In this document: positions 1-13,203 of the stretch, piece after piece | How the letters are laid out: every line of letters starts with the position of its first letter | Position numbering within the stretch: position 1 is the stretch's first letter | Assembly: GCA_964188305.1 (NCBI GenBank) | Contig: OZ076890.1 | Reading direction: 5' to 3' (one strand) | Source: Podarcis bocagei | Taxonomy: Eukaryota | Length of the DNA: 64,000 bases | Notes under the pieces: model-generated | What the model was told of the DNA's origin: nothing | Databases searched by the model: none | The model's input: only the letters and a program-made list of their open reading frames with translations | Made by a program: the position numbers and the translations under genes

Positions 1-251
1 AAAGCACGCCAAAAAAGTGCAAGTAGATAAATAGGTACCACTCCAGCGGGAAGATAAATGGCGTTTCCGGTTGCTGCTCTGGTTTCGGTGTTCTGTTGCG
101 CCAGAAGTGGCTTAGTCATGCTGGCCACATGACCCGGAAAAACTGTCTGCTGACAAATGCCGGCTCCCTCGGTCTGTAAAGCGAGATGAGCACTGCAACC
201 CCAGAGTCGGCAGCAACTGGTTTAACTGTCAGGGGTCCTTTACCTTTACCT
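1..251 (+). mobile_element. Sauria (Squam1) SINE, 3' part, truncated by window edge
   Basis: Contains GTGCAAGTAGATAAATAGGTACC and GGCTTAGTCATGCTGGCCACATGACCCGGAA and ends in CAGGGGTCCTTTACCTTTACCT, the (ACCTTT)n tail I recall for Sauria SINEs. Confidence 0.9.
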
Positions 252-753
252 CTTTTTTTAACCTCCCCATATGTACTCAAAATCTGGGTGGGCACGGCTA
301 AAGAGTAGGTTTTCTATTCTTTCAGTGTTTCTGAGTGAAGTTGGCCTTCTAGTCTGTGCTTGTGATTTGGGTGTGGTAACCTGGCAAGAGGATGTAATAA
401 AACCCTTGTCATTTATATAGTAAGTGAGAATGCTTGAAATGCTTAATGTATATAATATCAGAACCCTTGCAGCAGCCTTGTAAGGAACAGGCATGTGGTA
501 GTATTGCTGCAGATAGCAGGATCTGCCCATGACATTTTGCTGCCTGAGGTGGAACAGAAAATGCCCCCTTCCCAGATCGAGGTGCATAGCATGAAAGGCC
601 GCCCGGGCTATTTTGGCATCCTCAGCACAAAATTCCATAAATGGTTCTTGTGGGATTAAAAAATACAATAAGAATAAATCAAAAAGTAACAATTCGCTGG
701 CCTTCCACAATACCCAAAGTCAGCTGCCTTAAGGTAGTTGCCTCACGTTACCT

Positions 754-853
754 CAGCCTTCAACCTGCGTATGTTGTTTAACTGCATCTCCCATCAGCCC
801 CAGCCAGCCAGCAGTCCCACAACATCTGGAGAGCATCAGGTTGAGGAAGGCTG
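754..853. mobile_element. Short hAT-like MITE, degenerate
   Basis: Termini CAGCCTTCAACCT / AGGTTGAGGAAGGCTG; internal CTCCCATCAGCCCCAGCCAGC...CAACATCTGGAG is shared with many copies in the window. Confidence 0.6.
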
Positions 854-1012
854 CCTATTGGTAGACCTGCATGGTTGAGGAGTGTGATTTCATGGCAGAT
901 GTTCATGGCAGAAGTCTGAATTGGAGGCTGTTCTGATTTATTTCTACTATTACGATTTGCATGCAACCTTCTAAGAGTAACAACCCTGTCCAGTTTATAG
1001 ATCAGCCTCATG

Positions 1013-1101
1013 TAGCCTAATCCTATGCATGTCTACTCAGAAGTAAGTCCCAGTGAGTTCAGTGGAACTTACTTGCAGGTTAATACGGCTAGGATCTCAG
1101 A
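1013..1101. mobile_element. ~90-bp palindromic MITE (AATCCTATGCATG...AGTAAGTCCC...ACTTAC...TAGGAT family)
   Basis: Imperfect fold-back structure; similar copies near 1895-1970, 10412-10502, 14040-14105, 16732-16824, 17422-17480, 31205-31270 and 63310-63380. Confidence 0.6.
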
Positions 1102-3891
1102 TTTAGCTATTACATTACAGCAGTTCATCCTGTGTTCTGCAAAGCAGGACACTGAATGTCTCAACAAATGAAACTGACATGTAGAAAATGTAACTTGAAA
1201 AAAGTGACATTGCACGTACTTTTGTAAACCAAGAAATCTTTAATAAAAATACATTAAAAATAACAGAGATAAAGAAAGCTCACCTGAACACTCACAAAGT
1301 CATGGAGATAAATGTTCAAAATTAATGGCATCTTTGAACTAATGGCTCACTTTGTTATTTCTATGAAAAAGAGTTAAATACATTTTTGTTTAACAGTTAG
1401 GTATATACTGCTGATGTTTCTCATAATTGTTTTTGCTTGCCCTAACCATATTGATGCTGCCTGCTTTGCTTTCGGAGTCAAAGCTGAAACAACAAACGTA
1501 TATCTAGTACTGACATAAGAACATTTGTCTGCGGTATTAGCTCCGCTCTAGAAAATTGCAGACCATAACTGAAGAGGCAAGAATACAAATTCTGCAGCGG
1601 GAGCCAGTTATACAAATAAGCACACTGTATTTTCCGCTGATAGAAACACAGACATCAGAGAGTCACAATCGTATGTTGACGTGATGTGAGGGAGGTCTGT
1701 TTGTTTGGATATCGGACTGAATTCCCTTTAAAATAAAAGAGAAATATTTTTCAAATGAAAACAGTTGGATATTTAGGGAGAGGCAACAAAAAATTCACTA
1801 GTGCCAATGAATTTGATGCTGGACATGAAAGTCCATGCCAGCAGTTATCTCTGTGTGTTTTTTCACTATGGAAAAATCATCTACTCAGATGTGCACATCT
1901 ACTCAGATGTAAATTCCACCGAGTTCAATGAGACTTACAGTCAGCACGTTTGCACAGAGTTGTTGCCTTAATCATTTGAAGTCAATTTCTTATTTTTATA
2001 TGGACGTCTGTCATATAGTTTCTCCCCAAATTCCAGGTTTTCCAAGTGTTTTGATTTTTTTAATCAAAAAAATGAGTTGAAAAGGTAGGGAATATTATTA
2101 GGAATATTGAATGATGAATAATGAAATGAAATCCTTTAAGTATGTTCAGAATGCCTTTCTTTTGCAACAGAGTAGTCATGAGCTACTTCCTTACATTTGG
2201 AGACCTGGGTCTGGGGAAGAGCCTTATTGTTGGAAGGCAGGATCCTAATACCCAGCATGCCTTGCTTTAGAAATGAAGCATTTGCCAAAGAGGCCGCCTG
2301 TTTCTTCCAGCCTTTCCCAGACACTACTAGTGTTGTTGCTGTCTTTCAGGTCACTTGTCAGAAAATTGAAGGGGAAATGTTGGGTCTTGCCTCCCACCCT
2401 CACCTAGCCGGTTTGAAAGCTGTGTAGGTTAGATAGCTTTTGCACAGGACTCAGCTAGGTGCTGATACCAGAAGAAGTTCCATGGTACCAAACATTCTCG
2501 TTTTAAATTATTTTACGTTTATTTTAAGCAGATTTAGACGCCGCACAACACAAATTGTGGGAAACTAAGTCTTTGAGGGTTGCTTAAATGAAAGTTGATT
2601 CACACAGCGCCAAACTATGCTTGTGCTGTACTCAACACAAAGGGATGTAAGCCTACTAGATAGGGATCAGGTTTTTCCAGTAGTGACGTGCCTTCTAACA
2701 CAGGCAGTACAGCTGCTGCTTTGCCCAGTGGGGTGGGTGGGGGCAGCAGTGAGGTTGGGGCCACAAAGCAACATTGGAAGGGACTGTGCCTAGTACACTC
2801 TTGGATCTCAATACGTGTCTAGTAGCTTAATGGGAGACATGCCCAGTAGTACATGCAATGGGGTGTGGGACAACTGGCTGCTTTTTCTTCCTGTCACATC
2901 CCTGGCTGCTCATCATGGTGACACCAGCCATTCTAGAAGGGAAAATGGTGGAAAGGACTGGGGCAGGGGAGCCGCGGTGCCAATAGGAAAGTTTGTGGCT
3001 TCCTCAAATCTCTCCCCCTCTCCTAGCCAGAGTTCCTTAGCTGTCGTCTTTGGAATGGAGGTCTTTGCTCCATGATGATGTGGAAAGGCTGGGTCGTAGG
3101 CTGTGTGGGCCCAACAGGTGAGACCCAGGCAGCAACAGGGAGCAGATCTAAAAAGGTGATCTTGCAACGCATTGCAGAACTGGGAAGTTTGGGCCTATTG
3201 CATTCTGAAGGTGTAAGGAAGTGAGTAAAATGTTACCAAATCTTTTTCAATAAAAGCACCAGTATAACTGAAACATTTGTTTGGGTTGGGGGAGTGTTCA
3301 CTGGTTAGGATTTATATATCTAGATAAATGTGGAGAGGCTTTGAAACTCCCCCCATTTACAACACTATGCCCCATTTCCAGTTGACCCTAGCTGCTTGGA
3401 GACTAGAACAGATTGGAAAAGGGCTTCATCATTCATCACTGCCATCGCCAGCCTTCAGTTTTCCCCCTCATTGCCAGTAAAATGCCTTACCTTTGCAAAG
3501 GGGGAGCTCATATGCAGGTGCTTCTATTAAAATGGCACTCCTGAGCATTCTCAGGAATATCAGTTCCTCCTGCAATCATGGAGCTTGTCGCTCTGAAGGA
3601 AGTGATATCAATGCTTGGGCGTATCGTTTTCAACTGAGAATCAGACAGGTGCCTCTCTGTGAGCCCCTCCTGGCACCAGTTACCCCCCTCCCCATTTGAA
3701 AAGGCATTTTGTTGTTGAAGGGGGAAACAACCAGGGGCGGTGGGGCTGTACTGAAACCGTTTGGAGTTTTCAAATCTTTCTTTTCTGAATGTTCAAAAGG
3801 TGGAGGGTTTTTTTGGCGAAATAGTCTATGACATTAAGGCTTATCTCTCTACCTCCCAACCCCCACCAATTCCCACACACCACTAGATATA

Positions 3892-4133
3892 CAGTGGTAC
3901 CTTGGTTGTCAAACCTAATCCGGTCCCAGAGTCCGTTCGACTCCCAGAACCGTTTGAAAACTAAGGCACGGCTTCCAATTGGCTGCAGGAGCTTCCTGCA
4001 CTCAATCGGAAGCTGTGTCGGATGTTCAGCTTCCAAAAAACATTCACAAACCGGAACACTTACTAATGGGTTTGCGGCATTTGGGAACTGATCTGTTTTA
4101 GAGCCAAGCCATTCCAGAACCAAGGTACTACTG
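3892..4133. mobile_element. Tc1/mariner-pogo (Tigger-like) non-autonomous element
   Basis: TIRs CAGTGGTACCTTGGTT / AACCAAGGTACTACTG with TA on both sides (3890-3891, 4134-4135). Confidence 0.85.
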
Positions 4134-5898
4134 TAATTTTATTTATTTACATTATTTTTATCATTCTTCATTAAAATCTCAAAGTGGTGTAAAATGTCAG
4201 AAATGAAATTCCAGTGGAACCAGCACATATGCAAAAGTAATCATGAAAAGGAAGAACAAACTGGTATTAACTGGCAGCATAGGCAGTTGGGGAAATAAAA
4301 ATGGTGGAAATGTTGGCGCCTGCCACAACTCTGAGGGGAGCTTGTTCCCTAGAAAAGGCACTCAAACAGATAACGCTCCCCCCTTGCTGGTGTCTACAAG
4401 ATGGTAGCAGGACAAGGAGGGAGTCTTTCACTGATCTTCAGTGACTAACAAGGTGATATGGGGGAAAGTGCTCCCTAAGATTGTTTAAGGCTGTGGAACA
4501 ATGCCCTCCCAAAAAAATCTTCCAACCTTTCAAAGTGAGCCAGGGGGTGTGGTTTGTGGATACAACTGGTGCAGCGCGCTGAAAGTCTTCTGTGTAAATG
4601 TGGTACGTTGTACAGGGTGCTTTTGATTCCAGGCTTGTGCATGCGAGAGGGACTGAGGAAAAGACACAACACATTCAGGGAATTGGCAGAACTGGCAGCC
4701 TTCTCTGTGACACAGAGTTTTTAATGACTGTTCAAGAGGTGCGTACTGTGCCACTGAGATTTCAGTCTCAGAAGGGAGGGTCATCCCATCATTAAGACAG
4801 TTGCAATATAATGAAAGTAATAATCCAAAGGCAATCTTTCAGTGGTCCTTCCTCTTAATGCCTGTCCTGCCAATATTATGAATTTCCCCGTAGTGCAGCT
4901 TGATAGCTTAGCTACACTGTTGTCTTAGTTCCTCCCTTCACGGTGAGCAAAACAAGACTTTCAAAGTGTACAGTTAGTGAAAACAGGGAGTGAAAACAGG
5001 GACTTGGTTCCCCCAAGACCCCAACAGCTGGGGCAATTTGCTTCTCTTGATTGTGTGACCTGATTTTTCTTTTGCAAACTACACACGGCCCAGACTTTTA
5101 ACAAGGACTGGGGGGGGGGGAGGGCTAGTCTTAAATCTACACATAATTGCATGGCAGGAGTCTCTCTCGAATGTAAATGCCTGTGAAATTATTAAGCAGC
5201 AGAAATCTGTTACAAACCCTTGAACTCTCTTTGTTGTTTAAATGACCACCTACAGAACCACTCGGAGAGGCACAGCAGCAGTACAGTGGCCTCCTTTATG
5301 TGAAAAGCTGTGTGCGCTGAGAAATTTCTTTCAAGAATTCTGAAACCAGAGCTGATTCCGTCCGTACAATAGAGGACACTAATTATAGACCTTGAAGATG
5401 TCTAGGCTGCAGAGTAGGAAAGATAGGCTGGTGGATGACGATAATCAGGGCTACTGTTGCAGAACCTAAGAACAGTATTTCCTTTCTTCTGTTAACAATA
5501 CTGGATTGTTAGTTGTTTCCTGTCTGTATGACAGTGTCATTTTTGTTTTTTTAAAAGCTAATTTAGGACACCTATGTAATGCGGTTATTGGTGTAAAGAG
5601 TCGAAACATCCCTTTCCCGTGTATAAAATGGCAGTCTGGTGACGGCACCATTGCACTCCATGTGGGCTCCAGGATTGTTTGCTGGAGCAAAGGCTCGTTT
5701 AAAAGGGGGATTTCATGTGCCAGCTGTCAGACAAAGCACTGTGCAAGGAGAGGGTTAAAAGCGACTAATTATTCCAGCTCTGGAGGGTTAACTGTATTGT
5801 CCCTTTATTTTCCTATGTCGTCCCATGGGAATTGTTTTGGTATCTCAGATGTGGATCATGGATAGTTTTCAAATTGTGTTTTAGGGGTAAATTCGGGC

Positions 5899-6080
5899 TA
5901 GGAATGGGGGAAGAATTTAATCCAGTTTGCATTTAAATATGAACTTATTGAATTTGTACTTTCCGAAACAGAATGAGAAGCAAAATTCAGTCAACTTTTG
6001 AAATTTGCACTTAATCTGAATCTTGTGATGTATTGTAGTTGCACAATGTTCACACACAAAAAATCATTAAAATGCATAAA
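5899..6080. mobile_element. Fragment of the TAGGG(A)TG-ended DNA element family seen at 54847-55268
   Basis: TAGGAATGGGGGAAGAATTTAATCCAGTTTGCATTTAAATATGAAC resembles the reverse complement of the right end of 54847-55268. Confidence 0.55.
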
Positions 6081-7855
6081 AGAGATTAAGGGCACATTGT
6101 ATCCAGGCAGTTCGCTGGAGAAGGAGGCAAAGCAGGGTTGGTGCGGGGTGGTGGCCTAGGGAACAGTCCTGAAAGCCAGATAGAGGGGACTAGAAGGCTC
6201 ATGTATAACCTTTGGGTGTGAGGTTCCCCTTTCCTGGTCCATTTGTTCAGGAAAGGCAAAGGTGCTAGGTTTGGTTGCAAACTAGATAGATTTCTCTCCA
6301 ATACATATGAGGAAGACTAAAGAGGATTGCAGCCTAAATATGATACGAAATGGAAAGGTTGATTGTATTAGAATTGTTACCTTTATATATAGAATCAGTT
6401 GCTTTAATACCCATGGCATGACTGTAAAAATACAGAAAGTTATATGTTTATCTGGTTCAGTACCACACAAAAATCTTGATCCCTTGATGTGTTTTTATTT
6501 TTAAAAATCCAAGCAAACAACTTGATGCCAGCTGCTAACAGTAACAACACAGAATCTATTTTTGCATTTGATGGGAACGTATTTTAGCTGGCATTGGCAA
6601 GATCGCTTTTGCTCTCTCTTCCTACCCCATAATTATTCCCTGCTCACTCCTTTCTTAAGCTTTATTATGGATGTCAAAACATAGCCAAATATTAATGTAC
6701 TGATTAATATACCCTGTAGTCATTGGGTATAATATTAAGACTTCTGGGGTTTTAATCATAATTATAGCCCATAGTTCAATTCACAAAAATGCCTGGAAGG
6801 TTGTCTAGGTACCTCTGCCCACACTTTTTGCAGTCATCTTAGGATCATGTTAATTTGTGTTTTTTAAAAAGTTTTAACAGGGTTGTTTTTTTAAAAAAAA
6901 ATTGCAAGTGGGTGGGAGGTAGATTAGACGCCATTAGGATTATTTATAATTAAACTCCCATGGTGATATCCACAAAGCCCTGTTGCTATGCATCTTCTGC
7001 TCATGCCATTGGGGGCTGTATAACAACAGTAAATCAGCCCCCCTGGAATAGATGGCCAGAGGCCCGCAATCAGGCGTGATGCTCACAAGGCAGAGCAAAT
7101 AATGTGTCCAACCCACAGATCAGCGATGCTTGGGGTGGGGGGTGGGGGGTGGGGGGCTTAGTCATGATTTTCATGACTTGTAGAAGTTCAGCACAACCCT
7201 GAACTTCTATGAAGGAAAACCTGAAAAACATGAAGGATGTTTTTAAGGAGCAAGCAAAAGGGAACAAAAATGGTTTGTGCATTTTCTCAATGGTGTTTGT
7301 CAAGCTTAAAATGTGCCATATACAACGAGGGAGCGTATGAACTTTCTGTTGCCAGTGACTCATCTTTCTGTTGAAAAGGGAGTTAGCTTTCTCATAAGAC
7401 TGGCCCACAAACTTCCAGATCTGCCACTCAGTAAGAAGCAAGTAAATATGTAGCCACATTTTTCACATGGCAGTTAACGAGTTCTTAATTTAGTGGCTAA
7501 ATTTTAGCCCCTTGCATGTGTCTGCCTACAGGACGAAGCTGGCAAACAGCCCTTCATAGCTGACATTCTCTAGTTGCCAGGGGCTCAGCGCTGGTATTTC
7601 AGCGTTAGATGAAGAGACATTTTTAGAATGATGTTGTGATTAGGAACATTTCCACATAATCTCCCTTGATAGCTGCTTCACTCACTTTCCAGCAGCTGTG
7701 CTATATTACAATAGGGGCTATGGACTCAAAAACTAAAGTTCTGGACTCACTTATCTCCTGTTAACTTTAAATTGGATGACACCATATTGAGCAGATGCAA
7801 GATTGCAGTTCTAATGTCCTATATACCTAACTGCCCCCCTTCAAAATACTATCTC

Positions 7856-7857
<2 letters not shown>

Positions 7858-7896
<39 letters not shown>
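7858..7896. repeat. (TG)n microsatellite
   Basis: Direct reading. Confidence 0.98.
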
Positions 7897-7898
<2 letters not shown>

Positions 7899-8919
7899 CA
7901 TTTTGTGTTGATCTCTCTGGGATGATTTCACTAGCAGTTGTGTGTGGGTCTCTGAACTAATTAAAGGCAGCCTGAATTTCTTAATATGAGTGTAATTCCT
8001 CCCAGATTGTGCTAAATGATACAAGCAATGATTATTTTTTTTTAATGATGTGTTGTGGGTGCCAGCACAAAATGGCTACCATGGTGGTGGTACTCTGTGT
8101 TGGTGAGTCCTGTCACAAAAGAAGCCCTGTGCCATTATCAAACAGTTGCAGAATTTACCTTTGTTGACCACTTGAATGGAGAAAAGAAGGGTTTCTGTAC
8201 CTTTCAGGAGCTATGCAGAAGAGGCTGTGCTACACAGGCGAAAGACTGCACGTTCTGACATTTTGTTAAGGGTACAGGAATACAGTTGTCTCCCACCATC
8301 CCACCCTATCTCTGTGCATCTGGCTGCTCTGTTTACAGTTTGAACCTGGGCGCGTAATGAAACTATGATTTACAGAAATTGTCAAATCCAGAGCACAGTA
8401 TTGCTCACATACATAATCCTTAAGCACCACATTTGACTTTGTAAGTGTTAGGCTGATGTATAGTCTGTAAATATTTAACCCAATGTGGAAGCCTTCATGC
8501 TGACTGTGTCTTGAGGGATGTCTTTTGCTTCATTGTTTATCATTTTCTAATGTTCCTGTTCCTCTGGTCACAAATGCCAGCAGGTAGCTTTCCTTGAAAC
8601 GTACCAAACTAATGGTCAAAATTTGGCCAGATAAAGAGGATCTCTTCACTCCATGTGTGCATTTTGATTTAGTATGGCCCAGAATTTATGACCTCATTCT
8701 GAGCTGAGAGCTGTTATACACATTATGTAGAATAAGGTAGTAGAATTCTGGGTTGTACCACATCAGACCACAGATAGAATATTGTAAGCTTTTTATGTTT
8801 CTTGTACAAGGAAGACTTCCTATGAGTCATGAATTAGCAAGTCAAAGACAGGACTACCTTGCACTTTCTCTCCAATGGAGTATTCATGCCACAGCCTACC
8901 ACTGTATTCTGCACAGCGC

Positions 8920-8961
8920 CTTCAACCCAAGGCGTGCCTTCAGGCATGCCTTGGGTTGAAG
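8920..8961. repeat. Near-perfect 42-bp palindrome
   Basis: CTTCAACCCAAGGCGTGCCT-TC-AGGCATGCCTTGGGTTGAAG; 20-bp arms with one G.T pair. Confidence 0.95.
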
Positions 8962-11345
8962 ACACATGATGCAGTAACCATGCTACAGCTAAGTGCATCT
9001 GGGTCTCGTCAGTGCCTGAATGGGATTTGGGAGTCCCATGTAGGCAGGCAGCCTTGAGGTCCATGATGGAAGACAAGTGGGATTGAAACAGGCAAATTTG
9101 ATCAGCGCCTCCTATGGGAAGGCTATAATTTTTCAGATTCCAGAACCATAGCCAAGTTCTGCCAAATGTACAGTGGCAGAATAAGCATGTCGCAGAATGA
9201 GGTGGTAGAATCAAAATGTAGACAGGGGTGATACAGATCTGTTAGGAATGTCCCTCAATGGAAAACTAGCACACCAGTGCTTCAGGTCTATTTTTTCTGC
9301 TTGCAGGGGTATATTTCTGAAGGGGCAGCATGCAGAAAGGTGATCTCTCACCTGCAGTCTTAAGGGGTTCTGCCTATCCTTCTACCACATTTCCACTTTA
9401 TTCTGGTGCATGAGTCCATCCTTCCTAACCTACTTTTATATTCTCTGGAACAAATCACACACCCACACAAATATGTAAACTTAAGTTATTTATGTAGCTT
9501 AGTCTGAACAGCATTGTATTTCCTGTGTTGGCTTTGCAAGGGGGGGTCTCCAGCCAATGTAGACGAGGTATGGCTGCCCTTGTGGGCTTGACCTGCTCCC
9601 CCTGAAAGTCCACTGGGAACTACGCCTCCTTGTTTCTTGGCATGGTCCCCTGCTGCTATTGCTGGCTCCGGCGTTGCACTTAGGAGTCTTATCTGTACTT
9701 GGACAAAAGTCACGTTCCCATGGGTTTGACAGCCACAGTATTGCCAGATACACAATCACCCGCCAGAAGATCCCAGTCCCATCCTAAAATGGAGATGCTT
9801 AAAATAATGTGGTCAATCAAGAAAAAAGCAAATTTGTTTGTGGTTAGGATTAAACTAGGATGCCCCGATTGGAAACAAAGCTCTATTATATGATCAATGT
9901 AACAGACCGTCCTCAAGGGAAATCCATAAAATCCCATTTGTCCCACCAGCTGGAAGCAGTTGGATGTACTAACCAAAAATTGTGTTAGTCTGGGCTACAA
10001 AACGCTCTCTACAAAGTCTGCATTTCTGAGCTAACATTTGGACCTTTTGATCTAACCAATTTCAGTTTCCTTTTTAAAGTTTATCTCTGCAAGAAACAGC
10101 TTGGTTTACCTTGGCTTCATTCTAAATTTATATTTGAGGCTGCCCAGAGCCCCCGGCTCTTAACGAGAACAACATTCCATTACAGACCATTTGCATAGAC
10201 TTAAGTGCAGAGTCTACCCAAGTTCTGCATGTATGCATATTTCATTTTTCTTCTTCAAAAATTGCTCATAGCTTGCACTCCATTCAGCTGGAATAAGGAC
10301 TCATTAATGAGAAATTTTAATGGGAAAGTAAAAGTTTGGCCTAGAAATACACCACATTCACTTCAGACTTTAATTATTAAGTATATATATTTATTTATGC
10401 TAGTGTAATATTCAGTGCAATCTTAAAACATGTTTACCCTGAATTAAGCCTTACTGGGTTGAATAGGGGCATGCTCCCTGATGAGTGTGCTTAGGGCTGC
10501 AGCATGGGATGCATTTAAAGCAGTGACTGAGATGAATACTGCCAATGGCACGGGGATATCCACAACCACTTCATCCAATGTGCAGAATAACACTTTGCAT
10601 GTATACTTTATCGCACTTTATAGCGATCAAAACACTTTGCCTCTATTGTCTCAGAATTCTTGCAGCCACCTTGCTATAGTGTGTGTGTCTGTTTCTGAGA
10701 TTGAGAGATAGCGGTTGGGCTAAAGTAATCTAGGAAGGCAAGTTCTAAACTTGGAACTTGCATCACCCCATTCTTATCACTCTTGCACCAGTTGCATGTT
10801 GAAGTCTAAGTTGTTTGCAATTTTAAAATGGTATGGAACTGTATTCCTGGTTGCATTATCTGTCAGGGAGAGCTTGCATTTCCTCATCTGAGGCATCTCC
10901 TGATGTGATACTCACACACATCTCACCACAGTGGAGGGCAAAAAGAGATGTGCAGCTTTTCCTTTAGCTATTACACCAGAAAGCAGAAACAGGAAAAGTG
11001 AAATCATGAATTGCTTGTTCATACACTTTGCCTGTTTCAGGGTAATGTCTGAATTTGCTGTTAGAAATCTAAATGCAGAATCGGGACCTGAAGAACAGTA
11101 GTCATATTCAGGGATTCTTCACTACCATGCCCAGCAACACAACAGCAAGACATGTTGGGGGGGGGTGTCAGTCATGCCAAGTTTCCCTATTCCAATTTGG
11201 TGCACTTCTCCCCAGTGTACACTTGTACAGTGCAAAGGTCTGTAGGGAGAGATCTTTTCACACCTAGAGTGCTATGTGCAAATGCTTCCATGGAATTTGG
11301 AACGCTGGTTGTTCAGGCTTCCAGATTCCGGGGAGTTTTTGTGCA

Positions 11346-11352
<7 letters not shown>

Positions 11353-11388
<36 letters not shown>
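11353..11388. repeat. (CA)n microsatellite
   Basis: Direct reading. Confidence 0.98.
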
Positions 11389-11390
<2 letters not shown>

Positions 11391-12341
11391 CTCTCCAGAG
11401 CAATTTCCACTGTATGTACAGATGTTGTGGAGGAGGACCTAGATAGAGTGTATGACATTGGAGGCAGGACTACTAAGTATATCCCTACTGTTTCTTCCTT
11501 TTGGGTGAAGGGCAAGAAATAAATAATAAACTTACTGAAAACAAGAGTGAAAAAGTCATGCATTGGGCTAAGTAGAACAGCAAGTTAAACAACCCTCTGC
11601 ATTCCATCTGCTTCCCATCTTCTGTGGCCCTCTTTTTAGGTCCTCCCACTCCCCTACAAAGATGTTTTGTGCCTTTTGCAAAATGGGGAGCTCCTCTGAA
11701 CAGGCGGGCACCTCTGTATTGTTTCTCCGTGGCCCTGTTGTGTCTGCAGTCCTGTTGGCACTCGCCAGCTGAGTGTGCTTTTAGGTGGAGGGTTGATTGT
11801 TCAGGACAGCTGTGTGTCTGCATTCTGGAGCCAGTGCAGCTCCCCTTATGCATCAGGCTTTGAGTAACAGCACTGTCTGCCATAGCATTACTTGTTTATA
11901 AGAAGAGGTTGTCTGATTATTCCCCCAGATAGTGCTGCTGTTGCCTCCCTTTACAGGAGTATGAAAGGATTTGTTCCCATTTCTACTATCTGACTGGGCT
12001 TTAATGTTCTTGATTACCAGTGACCCAAAAAGTCTGCTGAGCATCCCTTTTATGGAGTGTGTGCCGGCAAAGCTTGAAGTCTTTCCTTCCCTCTAGGCTT
12101 CACTCTGTTATTGTGTCTAGTCTGTCAGCTGAAATGCCGTATTTCGTTCATTGTGCTTTGCAGGGAAATGCTTGATCTAATAATGTTTTGAATATTTTAG
12201 AAAGGTTTCGATATCAGAAAAGCCAGGAATATTTGAAAAGGTTGGAAGCTTTGCAGTGCATGTTTTTCATCATTCAGAGCTTCTAGTTCTGATTTTCCTC
12301 TTAAACTAGTTTCTTGCTCCCCCCCATACAATCCATGAACT

Positions 12342-12343
<2 letters not shown>

Positions 12344-12388
<45 letters not shown>
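12344..12388. repeat. (CA)n microsatellite
   Basis: Direct reading. Confidence 0.98.
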
Positions 12389-12389
<1 letters not shown>

Positions 12390-12492
12390 TATTGTATGAA
12401 GGTGCTTGAAAGATACACCATTGGAAAGAGAAAATAGTTAACTGACTGAATCCATTTTTCCACTCAGTGCTTTGCACATGGTTGCTCTGGAG

Positions 12493-12690
12493 CAGTTTCC
12501 CCCATCCCAGGTCCCCAGTTGCTAGCATCATAGAATTGCAGAGTTGGAAGGGACCCAAGGGTCATCTAGTCCACCCCCTGCAATGTTGTTGGCCTACAAT
12601 CCCCTCCTCCCATTATCTCCAAATACCGTGATGAGAAGTCCAGGAGTTAGAGTGCAATGACATCTGTTGACCAAGGGTTGGGGAAGGCTG
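12493..12690. mobile_element. hAT-like MITE interrupted by a CR1/Squam2-type 3' tail (about 12526-12584, minus)
   Basis: Termini CAGTTTCCCCCA / TGGGGAAGGCTG; flanks CTCTGGAG / CTCTAGAA (degenerate 8-bp TSD); insert CATAGAATTGCAGAGTTGGAAGGGACCCAAGGGTCATCTAGTCCACCCCCTGCAATG. Confidence 0.7.
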
Positions 12691-13203
12691 CTCTAGAATC
12701 ATCTGTTTCAGGCTGAATGGCTTCCATATGCCTGTCTCTTCCTCAGGAATCCCATGGGCCTGCCATTCTGAAGAAGCTGAGCCTTCAAAGCATGAATTTG
12801 GAAGTTTGGATTCACAGTGGGGGGGGGTGGACATCCTTTAGCTCCTTCTCTTCCCTCAGATGTGCTCACAAACCTGCCATGAGTTCCCCCCGGTTGCAAA
12901 TATTGATGTAAGGCAGAGGAGACGGCCAGATGAAGCCCAAGGGCCCAGCCTCATCTGGCCTTCAGCAAAGCCCCCAAAACTTCTGCTTTCTCAGACACCT
13001 CAGTAGCTTTCTCACAAGCCAAGCCATAGGCAAAGACTTATTATTATTCCTATCTGGCTTCCAGCATCTTCTGAAATAAGGTAATCATGCTTAGCATATT
13101 TTCAGATTAAAGTAATGGGCACTTTTCACTCTACATGTCTTCCCTACATTCCCCATAGCGTGGCTTTCTGAGATGGCTACGGTAATATTGTCAATATCTA
13201 AAT

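Noticed and set aside
258-710. 150-aa minus ORF
   Set aside because: No recognisable domain, non-ATG start and no splice context.
9102-9118. CTCF-like motif on minus (CCCATAGGAGGCGCTG)
   Set aside because: Only a partial match by eye; not supportable without PWM scoring or ChIP data.
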